Shown: in pieces, positions 15,201-21,590 of the stretch | Layout of the letters: each line of letters opens with the position of its first letter | Numbering within the stretch: the stretch's first letter is position 1 | Assembly (NCBI RefSeq): GCF_000008645.1 | Contig: NC_000916.1 | Span: 630,001-662,000 of the forward strand | Origin: Methanothermobacter thermautotrophicus str. Delta H | GTDB lineage: Archaea; Methanobacteriota; Methanobacteria; Methanobacteriales; Methanothermobacteraceae | Direction: 5' to 3' | Length of the DNA: 32,000 bases | Position numbers and translations under genes: made by a program | The notes under the pieces: generated by a model | The model's database searches: none | What the model was told of the DNA's origin: nothing | The model's input: the letters and a program-made list of their open reading frames with translations, nothing else

Positions 15201-17545
15201 GTTCCGGTGCCTGTCAGTCTAATACCCTTTGAGTTTTCTTTGATGATGTTGCCTATGATGGTATGGTTACTTCCACCAGTCACATAGAGTCCATAGTTGC
15301 ATCCCGTGACATTGTTTCCTGTTATCGTGCATCTTTGGGCGTTGAATGGCCATATTCCATAGTTGCAGTTTGTTACTATGTTGTCTTGTACTGTGTCGCC
15401 ATTTAGTGGCACGATGCCGTATCCTTGTTTGTTTGTCCCTATTGCTGTGTTGGCTATTATTGTATTGTTTCCTCCGCCTTCAACGCGGATTCCACTTTTA
15501 TCCGCCACGTAGACTGTGTTGTTGGCTATGAAGTTATTGTTGCCAGATATGTATATAACTGATCTGACTGTGCCTGGGTTTACTATATTATCTGTTACGA
15601 TGTTGTTTGCACCATATACGAGTAATCCACCAGAGGTGATGTTATTGTATGCTATTGTATTGTTTCCGTCTCCAGATACGTATATACCATAGGTGCTGCC
15701 TTGAACGTTATTGTATTGTATCGTGCTCGTTACACCATTGTAAAGGTATATGGCGTTGCTAGAGTTCATTATGGTGTTATTTTCTATTATGAGATTGTTG
15801 TTTTGTTTGTATGCGATTATAGCATTTGCTTGTGTGTTTGTTATGGTACTGGTTTTTATTGTGATGCCAGTGGAGTTCCAGAGGTATATTCCATGTCTAT
15901 TATTGAGGATTGTTGTGTTTTGGATTGTGCAATCGCTTGAAGTGACTATTAGTATTCCTTGACTGTTATTGGATACTGTGATATCCTTTATTGTGACATT
16001 TGTTCCATTGATTATGGCGAGGAATCCTACTGTTTCATTGATTGTCCTGTTTTGGACGTTCTTCAAGTAATATACAGGGTTCCCATTTATAGTGTTGCTC
16101 GTGTCTATCTCCTGATTGAATTTTGAACCATCTGTTGATACTGTGTCAAAAACTCCAAAGTTTAACAGGTTATCTTGTAGTCTGTTATTGTGGAGTTGGC
16201 AGCCTTCAGAATCTTTAATGTAGATTCCATAGTAGTTGTTGATGACTGTGTTGTTGATAAGTGTGCATCTGTACTGTGTATCAATGTTGATGCCTTTACC
16301 ATTTGTACCATTAGCGCCTTGGATTGTGAAACCCTCAATCCTTGTATCATTTGCTTTCACATCAATAACGGTTCCAGTTGACGTAGATGCTATGATATTC
16401 ACAAGACCATTGGCCTTTAATGTTAAAGGCTTATTTAAGACTATGTTTTCTGTGTAGTTGCCTTCACCTACGAGTATTGTATGTCCAGCTACTGTACTAT
16501 TATCGTTTATAGCATCCTGGATTCTATCAAACGTTCTGTTTGTGTCAAGGTTCATGACCTTCGCCACTGTTATGCAGTTTTCTTTTGTTAGTGTGTTTTC
16601 TCCTCCTGGTCCTTTAACGGTAAGTGTTACTGTGTAGGTTCCCGGTTGTGTGTAGGTGTAGGTTGGGTTCTGTTCTCTGCTATCTATTATAGTGTCGTTG
16701 TTGAAGTCCCAGTACCATTCTGTAGCTTCAGTTGAAAGGTCGGTGAACTGAACTGTTAATGGGGCAACACCCATTGTGGGACTTGCTGTGAAGTTAGCTG
16801 CCAGTGACTCAACATATTCAACCATTAATATTTGTAGGATTGCGCCCATCCCACCACTGCTCGTGCCTTGTATCCTTGCCCTGTTTTCTGTGCTGTTTAA
16901 TTTGCCTGTGACATTGAATATCTCGGGGTATGATGTTTTGCTGTTTCCTTGCCACACGTTCAATCCTAAAGTCTCATTGTTGAAGTACACGTTTCCTTCA
17001 TTTGGTCCGGCATGTGTTACCCATGTCATATAGGTTGCATTTGAAACTTTCTCCACGTCAGGTATTCCGGGGAAGTTGACATATGCAATGCATTCTTCAG
17101 GTTGCACGCTAAAGTTTGGGTCAAGGAGTAGAATGTCATATTCTTCGTTTATGTATATACCAGTGGGTGGTCTTGATGTGTCGTTGTAGATCACTAGGAG
17201 TGTGAATGGGAACATGCTAAGTGTATGTGTTTGTTGAGATGCCGGTACTGTTAAGTTTACAAAGACTGCATTATCTTGGTTTTTTAGGTAGTATTCTGTC
17301 ACATCATAGACTAGTAATCCATATTTATAGTGCGGGTAGCCTCCAAAATTTGATTGATCCCAGTACCATCTTGTATAATTCCCTGGTTGGAATGTAGCAT
17401 TATTGAAGTGTATTGTAAGGTATGTTGTTGCGGCCCCATCAGCAGGGTTTGTGCCCTTGTTATCCCAGTTGTATGGGACGTAGAGGTAAACTTTGACTGG
17501 TGTGGCATTTTCTGGTATGCTAAGTTGCGTTCCATTAAAAATCAC
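12278..17545 (-). CDS. Giant adhesin-like / S-layer-related surface protein. Domain order: D-domain, PKD, right-handed beta-helix (NosD/CASH-like), CARDB-like x2, second D-domain, PKD, CARDB-like x2, then C-terminal pseudomurein-binding repeats. The frame continues upstream through an in-frame TAA into ORF 17672-19012.
   Basis: A 5268-nt open frame. PKD signature VAPLTVQFTDLS...WDFNNDT...NPTYTYTQPGTYTVTL occurs twice. Long runs of about 22-aa N/G/I/T-rich beta-helix turns end in NYWSDYTGDDLDGDGIGDTPY. The C-terminal repeats (AASWVRAYYERYGRLP, SSYVKVAKNILSFIDSRGRAPNY, FQRLVYMYSKIIKFYGTNKRLPNY) match the pseudomurein-binding repeat family as I recall it. The track start is GTG with no SD and no signal peptide, and the first ATG is near codon 111. 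Confidence 0.85.
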   Translation of the reverse strand: MIFNGTQLSIPENATPVKVYLYVPYNWDNKGTNPADGAATTYLTIHFNNATFQPGNYTRWYWDQSNFGGYPHYKYGLLVYDVTEYYLKNQDNAVFVNLTVPASQQTHTLSMFPFTLLVIYNDTSRPPTGIYINEEYDILLLDPNFSVQPEECIAYVNFPGIPDVEKVSNATYMTWVTHAGPNEGNVYFNNETLGLNVWQGNSKTSYPEIFNVTGKLNSTENRARIQGTSSGGMGAILQILMVEYVESLAANFTASPTMGVAPLTVQFTDLSTEATEWYWDFNNDTIIDSREQNPTYTYTQPGTYTVTLTVKGPGGENTLTKENCITVAKVMNLDTNRTFDRIQDAINDNSTVAGHTILVGEGNYTENIVLNKPLTLKANGLVNIIASTSTGTVIDVKANDTRIEGFTIQGANGTNGKGINIDTQYRCTLINNTVINNYYGIYIKDSEGCQLHNNRLQDNLLNFGVFDTVSTDGSKFNQEIDTSNTINGNPVYYLKNVQNRTINETVGFLAIINGTNVTIKDITVSNNSQGILIVTSSDCTIQNTTILNNRHGIYLWNSTGITIKTSTITNTQANAIIAYKQNNNLIIENNTIMNSSNAIYLYNGVTSTIQYNNVQGSTYGIYVSGDGNNTIAYNNITSGGLLVYGANNIVTDNIVNPGTVRSVIYISGNNNFIANNTVYVADKSGIRVEGGGNNTIIANTAIGTNKQGYGIVPLNGDTVQDNIVTNCNYGIWPFNAQRCTITGNNVTGCNYGLYVTGGSNHTIIGNIIKENSKGIRLTGTGTGASTGNMIYDNYFINNTNQTEGNPSNNNWNTTGGGNYWSDYTGDDLDGDGIGDTPYQGDQKPLIADLLIENITATSNSIQVRVKNNGKADITKIDPDATFPVNITCDSQEFIHEIPALQPGESRTITQNLNLTLGDYIIIANITYTDMHYLRNTNIRDANINNNVANTTVSLQRDLKVTNITYNPNNAAGHRELFANEPNTIQVTIYNEGNLDAGQFKVKLIVGEYNNTKILQGLAAGATANVTFNDFTPLTGPITINVIVDSDDEVEETNETNNIYNTTATIYYNGYKGKQYTNGSDINTVLALEGRLKLLYSPGNSTYRGSGSGNWQNPYIVIWTPADLPIPEGATIKEARLYQPYTWNTVGGIPDFIATFNNVTINPLAHYNDTKGYGSSNYPSGLLVYNVTSLFRPSENNTLTLTAGTNTTTALYGSYILIIYEHENETIKKIWINEETDMLYSRTDYGVNDTEATAHAIFNDINTNMLKEAKTIVITASANEANKSKFYFNNQEYTGFWQDYLTGPQIGFSTYQIKETLQNGTNTAKIQSYNNGSHGDNMVALQAILILEYEPPMANFTANATEGIAPLTVQFTDLSTEATEWYWDFNNDTIIDSTEQNPTYTYTQPGTYTVTLIIKGPGGENTLTKENYITVYQGPQFTLENLTVIPTSGVAPLNITVSANLTNSGDVAGNYTAQLKVNGQTVATKTIAVPAGQTVSVEFSRVLTAGVYNVTIDDLAPVAVTVLKPANITVGNLTVTPKSGVAPLNITVTANLRNTGDLAGNYTAQFKVNGQTVATKTIAVPAGGVGVVSFNYTLTSAGNYPVAINNLTAFVSVRSPGISVGQIIDAASWVRAYYERYGRLPSKVAINGQQQSMAQFLYLLCKATVNINAGNLALISVKSVASPTASSGWYRHGRIYRSSYVKVAKNILSFIDSRGRAPNYAITGLGRIPFQRLVYMYSKIIKFYGTNKRLPNYVTI
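12715..13245. repeat. Intragenic tandem repeat, period 273 nt (two CARDB-like units)
   Basis: The 50-nt core cagcagggaccgctatagtctttgtagctaccgtctgaccattcacctta is identical at 12802-12851 and 13075-13124. The flanks are similar (protein GVAPLNITV.ANL.N.GD.AGNYTAQ.KVNGQTVATKTIAVPAG). Confidence 0.85.
13261..13490. repeat. PKD-module repeat, copy 2 (dispersed intragenic, 3309 nt from copy 1)
   Basis: About 230 nt nearly identical to 16570-16800. The offset is 3309 = 3 x 1103, so the frame is preserved. Confidence 0.85.
16570..16800. repeat. PKD-module repeat, copy 1
   Basis: See 13261-13490. An example shared stretch is gtgtaggtgtaggttgggtt...tatagtgtcgttgttgaagtcccagtaccattctgtagcttcagttgaaaggtcggtgaact. 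Confidence 0.85.
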
Positions 17546-17674
17546 AGTGTAGTTTGACCAGCCTTCGGTTCCAGCCCTATATGTTGTATCTGGTTGCGCA
17601 TAATATGCTAGACCATAACGGCCATAGTATGTTTCTACCGTATTAATGTCTGAGCCATTGTAGGCCCATCTTTA
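17546..17674 (-). other. In-frame TAA stop plus a 42-codon stop-free linker joining ORF 17672-19012 to ORF 12278-17545
   Basis: 19012-17545 = 1467, which is divisible by 3. My manual translation reads VPVLYNGYKG, then TAA, then RWAYNGSDINTVETYYGRYGLAYYAQPDTTYRAGTEGWSNYT, then V(GTG)IFNGTQL. Confidence 0.9.
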
Positions 17675-19012
17675 ACCCTTGTATCCATTATATAGAACTG
17701 GAACTGTCCTCGTCTTTTCGTTGTTTGCTTCATTGGTTTCTGGCACTTCATTGTATGGGTCTATCACGAACCTGTAGGTCACATTTTGGTTATTGTTACT
17801 GTAGAGTGTTTCCGTCGTGGCAGATCTTATCGTAGGATCCGTTATATTCACATATACTGTTCCACTAGGATTAATGGGGGGTATAATAGAGGTTGCCACT
17901 AGTTCGTCGTTAGCATATAATGCCAGTATGGTCGCTGGTGATGCGCCACTACCATTATTTTTAATCTGGCACCTCATTGTATTATTTTCCAATACAAATG
18001 CTGCACCACCATTAAATGTGACTGTCTGTAGTGTTAGGTCTATGTTTGGTGTGTAGGTGACTTTTTGGACTGCAAGTATTATCTTATAGTAGCCCCCTAG
18101 TCCTGTTCCTGGGCTTTTGTGGTATGTGAATTTGTTGGTTCCGTTATTGTAGATGTTTGTGACATTCCATATTTCGTATCCACTGTAGCTTCCACGTCTT
18201 TGGTATGTGCCATTTGGCAGGTTCTGGTCATTGTATGTGTAAATTCCATCACTGCTCGCTGCATGCACTATCATCACACTCGCATTTGCAGGGTTGGGCA
18301 CAGCACCGTTGAAGTAGGTTTCTCCTGTGTAATCTTCATCGTTGTAGCTACTCACGTCATGTCCCCAATTGATCCAATATCTTGTCGCGGTTGTGCTTCC
18401 TGGGATGTTGTAGGCCACGATTAGTGTTATGAGTTTTATGCGGCCGTCGTAGGATCCGATAGTGCATACGTTGGCTGTGTTGTTCATGTCCTTCTTTGTC
18501 ATGTTTGTTACATCATACCATAGTAGGTAGTCGCTTGTGACGCGCATTGTATGGTTGTTTATCATCAGGTAGGGGTCGTTGTCATGTCCCTCGCCTAGAA
18601 GCCAAGTGTTATTGTTTCCCTCTGGGGGGTAGATGTATGTTGTGTAGAGTGTTTGGTTTTCTAATGAGTTGCCATTGTAGGTTACGTTTACATATGTTTG
18701 CCTGGCTTCTTGCATGTGGCCTGAGTATACGAGGACGTACAGTGTTGCATTTTTGATCTGAGCATTTGATGGTATTGTGTAGTTGAAAGTGTATGTGATG
18801 TTAGCGTTTCCTCCTGTATTGTTGCCAACACCCTCTGGATCTGTGAAACCATAATATGAGTCAACGTTTACATCGCCTGTTACTGTACCATTCTGGAGCG
18901 TATCTAATGGTTTGCCACCAACATAACTGTCTGCATAGGAATACCCGTTTAAAACTAGGATAACACTGATTATCAGCAAAATGTAAACACTACTCTTCAA
19001 CGTAGAATTCAA
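17672..19012 (-). CDS. Secreted leader protein: signal peptide, D-domain (paralogue of 11135-12088) and one CARDB-like domain. It is probably the N-terminal part of the giant adhesin gene.
   Basis: TTG start at 19012 lies 8 nt after the strong SD aggaggtg (reverse complement of 19021-19028). Signal peptide VYILLIISVILVLNGYSYA. I count 20 N-x-S/T sequons in 446 aa by hand. The CARDB-like tail ends in EVPETNEANN. The ORF ends at TAA. Confidence 0.8.
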   Translation of the reverse strand: MNSTLKSSVYILLIISVILVLNGYSYADSYVGGKPLDTLQNGTVTGDVNVDSYYGFTDPEGVGNNTGGNANITYTFNYTIPSNAQIKNATLYVLVYSGHMQEARQTYVNVTYNGNSLENQTLYTTYIYPPEGNNNTWLLGEGHDNDPYLMINNHTMRVTSDYLLWYDVTNMTKKDMNNTANVCTIGSYDGRIKLITLIVAYNIPGSTTATRYWINWGHDVSSYNDEDYTGETYFNGAVPNPANASVMIVHAASSDGIYTYNDQNLPNGTYQRRGSYSGYEIWNVTNIYNNGTNKFTYHKSPGTGLGGYYKIILAVQKVTYTPNIDLTLQTVTFNGGAAFVLENNTMRCQIKNNGSGASPATILALYANDELVATSIIPPINPSGTVYVNITDPTIRSATTETLYSNNNQNVTYRFVIDPYNEVPETNEANNEKTRTVPVLYNGYKG

Positions 19013-19130
19013 TATTTTTCACCTCCTATTAATAACTGGTCTCTTATTGCTATTTTATTATATAAAAATTAATATGTATTACATTTTATAGTAAATTATA
19101 TATTATAGTATTACATATGTTGATACAAAT
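19013..19130 (-). promoter_or_regulatory. SD plus a very AT-rich promoter region for the 17672-19012 / 12278-17545 transcription unit
   Basis: SD aggaggtg is present. Several TATA-like tracts (attttattatataaaaattaatat, tatatattatagta) lie 40-110 nt upstream. I cannot place the exact TATA box. Confidence 0.4.
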
Positions 19131-19220
19131 ATTCAATGTCGGAGAGTAATCAAGCGCAGCTGGTAAAAAACTCGTATGAGCACATGCTCAGAAAACTAAA
19201 AGGTTACCAAACAAACCAAA

Positions 19221-19484
19221 GAACTGCTTCATAAAAAAGATATAACCCCTGGATGAAATTCTTATATGATGATAAGGTCAAAGTACGCCTTCCTCCAGAG
19301 GCTCACAAGGGACCTCAAAAATGAAATCAATAAGTATAGGAGAGGAACTGGAGGGAGCAACACCCCCATCGGTCTTCATAGGTAGCTGGAATTACCCTAA
19401 GGTTTATGCGGGTCCCATGATAGCCCCTGTACAGGAGGAAATGGAAATATTTGACTCCCCCGAGCGATGGATACCAGAGAGAAA
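19221..19484 (+). pseudogene. Truncated duplicate of the nre promoter plus its first 55 or so codons (nre-prime)
   Basis: It aligns to 21546-21812 with 7 substitutions and one extra A (my manual alignment). It includes the TATA-like aaaaaagatataa (19233-19245). Homology to nre stops at about 19484. Confidence 0.85.
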
Positions 19485-19690
19485 CATTGCAGCAGCCTGG
19501 TTAATTAACTCGCTGGCCTCGTTTATAATGAGCCCGGAGTGAACGAAGTGATCATCATAGAACCCTATTGATCTCAAGTAGGTCCCGGCGACCCTAACTA
19601 TCAAAATTGTGAAGATCAGCAAAAAAACCCGGACCCAGGATTTCACCTGATATGTTCCTGAACACTCTGCTGAGGAGCTATATAACCAAA
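19482..19690 (-). pseudogene. Degraded 3' fragment of gene X (X-prime)
   Basis: It aligns to 4941-5166. The first 77 nt have 4 mismatches, followed by a 12-nt deletion and more diverged patches. It lacks the last 4 codons and stop of X and the whole 5' third, SD and promoter. Confidence 0.8.
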
Positions 19691-19707
19691 AAAATATTAA
19701 AAAAGGT
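19685..19707 (-). terminator. Oligo-T terminator after the 574-aa gene
   Basis: The minus strand reads TAA accttttttaatattttttt (plus-strand A-runs at 19688-19694 and 19699-19704). It is homologous to the terminator at 12251-12277. Confidence 0.5.
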
Positions 19708-21432
19708 TTAGATTGTGACGTAGTTTGGCAGTCGCTTATTGGTTCCGTAGAATTTTATGATTTTACTGTACATGTAAACGAGGCGCTGGAAGGGTATTCT
19801 TCCAAGGCCAGTGATGGCGTAATTTGGTGCGCGGCCACGACTATCTATGAATGAAAGGATATTCTTTGCAACCCTCACATAACTTGACCTGTAAAGTCTG
19901 CCATGTCTGTACCATCCACCAGAAGCTGGCGCACTTGCAACACTCTTCACAGAAATCGGAGCCACGTTACCAGCATTTATATTGACTGTTGCCCTGCAAA
20001 GCAGGTAGAGGAACTGCGCCATACTATACCCATGTCCACTGATTGTCACTTTACCTGGCAATCTACCATAACGCCCATAATAAGCTCTAACCCAAGAAGC
20101 AGCATCAGTGAGCTGCCTAACACTAATTTTAACACTCGCAAAGGCTGTCAGATTATTTATTGCCAGGGTATAATTACCCGCTGAAGTCAAGGTGTAATTG
20201 AAACTCACAACCACCACACCACCAGCAGGAACCTCCACCGTCTTTGTAGCTACTCTCCGACCATTCACTATAAGTCCAGCTGTATAATTCCCTGGTAAGT
20301 CGCCAGTATTTGTCAAATCAGCAGACACTTTAATGTTCAGTGGCGCCACTCCACTCGTTGGAGTCACCTTAAGGTTCCCTGCTGTTATGTTGATCTTTTT
20401 GATGTTGTTACTGGTGTTAGCGTCTCTTATGGTTGTAGTTTCCAGGTAGTGTGTTGTTTCGTTGTATAGTATTGTTGTTATGATTTGATAGTTTCCTCCT
20501 GGGACGATATTCAGTGTGATTGTCTGTGTTCCTCCGCCTGGTAGGGGGTCTATGTCTCGTGTGAATTCTTGGCTGTTATATTGTACTGTGATCGGGACTT
20601 GTGCGTTCGGATCTATCCTTGTTATATCTGCTTTCCCATTATTTTTAACCCTTACCTGTATACCGCCGCTTGTGCTGATATTTTCAATCATTAAGTCAAC
20701 GATTAATGGTTTCTGATCCAAATTGTATGGTGTGTCACCTATACCATCACCATCAAGATCGTCTCCAGCATAATCTGACCAGTAATTACCCACTTCTGTC
20801 CCATTCCAATAATTGCCACTTAAATCTCCTGCTGTCTGGTTTGTGTTGTTAATGAAATAATTCCCAACAATAGTATTGTTACCTGATCCAAATAGGAAGA
20901 TTCCGTAGCTGTTGTTGGTGATGGTATTGTTACAGATGGTGTTATTACCTGATTCAAATAGGTAGATTCCCCATTGGTTGTTGGTGATGGTATTGTTACA
21001 AATAGTATTATTATCTGATCCAAGTAGGTAGATTCCCTCCTCGCCGTTGCTGGTGATGACATTGTTACAGATAGTGTTGTTGGATCCAGATAGGTAGATT
21101 CCGGGTTTGCCACCTGTTATTGTGAATCCTTTGACCTGTGTGTTGTTGGCTGTGACATTGAATACTGGCATGGTAGTATTGCCTGCGGATACAGTTACTG
21201 TTCCGTTAGCCTCTAATGTTAGAGTTTTGTTAACGAGCACATTTTCATTGTAGGTTCCTGAATTGACGATTAAATGATGTCCATCTGTACTGTTATCTAT
21301 GGCTTCCTGGATTGTGCTGAATTCTTCAGTTGTATTTAAGTTAACAACTGTTGCTGATACCCCATTTACAAGCAAGAACGCCACTGCTAAAACTAGCAGT
21401 AAAAATGAGATCCTCGACATTATTTTCACCAA
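19708..21432 (-). CDS. Surface protein: signal peptide, short beta-helix (NosD-like), CARDB-like x2, then C-terminal pseudomurein-binding repeats. A mini paralogue of 12278-17545.
   Basis: Signal peptide ISFLLLVLAVAFLLVNGVSA. Beta-helix turns (NNTICNNVITSN and similar), NYWSDYAGDDLDGDGIGDTPY, and a C-terminal 130 aa nearly identical to the giant ORF. ATG 21420 (MSRISF) after ggtga is likelier than TTG 21432. Confidence 0.85.
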   Translation of the reverse strand: MVKIMSRISFLLLVLAVAFLLVNGVSATVVNLNTTEEFSTIQEAIDNSTDGHHLIVNSGTYNENVLVNKTLTLEANGTVTVSAGNTTMPVFNVTANNTQVKGFTITGGKPGIYLSGSNNTICNNVITSNGEEGIYLLGSDNNTICNNTITNNQWGIYLFESGNNTICNNTITNNSYGIFLFGSGNNTIVGNYFINNTNQTAGDLSGNYWNGTEVGNYWSDYAGDDLDGDGIGDTPYNLDQKPLIVDLMIENISTSGGIQVRVKNNGKADITRIDPNAQVPITVQYNSQEFTRDIDPLPGGGTQTITLNIVPGGNYQIITTILYNETTHYLETTTIRDANTSNNIKKINITAGNLKVTPTSGVAPLNIKVSADLTNTGDLPGNYTAGLIVNGRRVATKTVEVPAGGVVVVSFNYTLTSAGNYTLAINNLTAFASVKISVRQLTDAASWVRAYYGRYGRLPGKVTISGHGYSMAQFLYLLCRATVNINAGNVAPISVKSVASAPASGGWYRHGRLYRSSYVRVAKNILSFIDSRGRAPNYAITGLGRIPFQRLVYMYSKIIKFYGTNKRLPNYVTI

Positions 21433-21555
21433 CTAATTATATTATTAAATCATTATTTAACATTACCCTAAACCAAAAAAAATAGCATCATCTTAACGGC
21501 GAATAAAAAAAACATATAAAAAGATTTGAAGTGGGACAATTAGAAGAACTGCTTC

Positions 21556-21570
21556 ATAAAAAAGATATAA
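21556..21570 (+). promoter_or_regulatory. TATA-like box for nre; the spacing suggests a leaderless mRNA
   Basis: The sequence ataaaaaagatataa is centred about 25 nt upstream of ATG 21591. The same element is duplicated at 19231-19245. Confidence 0.45.
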
Positions 21571-21590
21571 CCCCTGGATGAAATTCTTAT

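Noticed and set aside
13368-17557. Plus-strand ORFs inside the giant adhesin gene (for example 14373-14753, 15701-15940, 16236-16457, 16776-17033, 17354-17557)
   Set aside because: They are antisense shadows of the long minus-strand frame. Their Cys/Leu/Val-rich junk composition is typical of the reverse complement of Asn/Thr-rich coding sequence.
5292-21545. A classical integrative element, prophage or IS element as the origin of the island
   Set aside because: No integrase, transposase, terminal inverted repeats, flanking tRNA or att-like direct repeats were found at either border. The repeated border sequences are explained by the X/nre segmental duplication.
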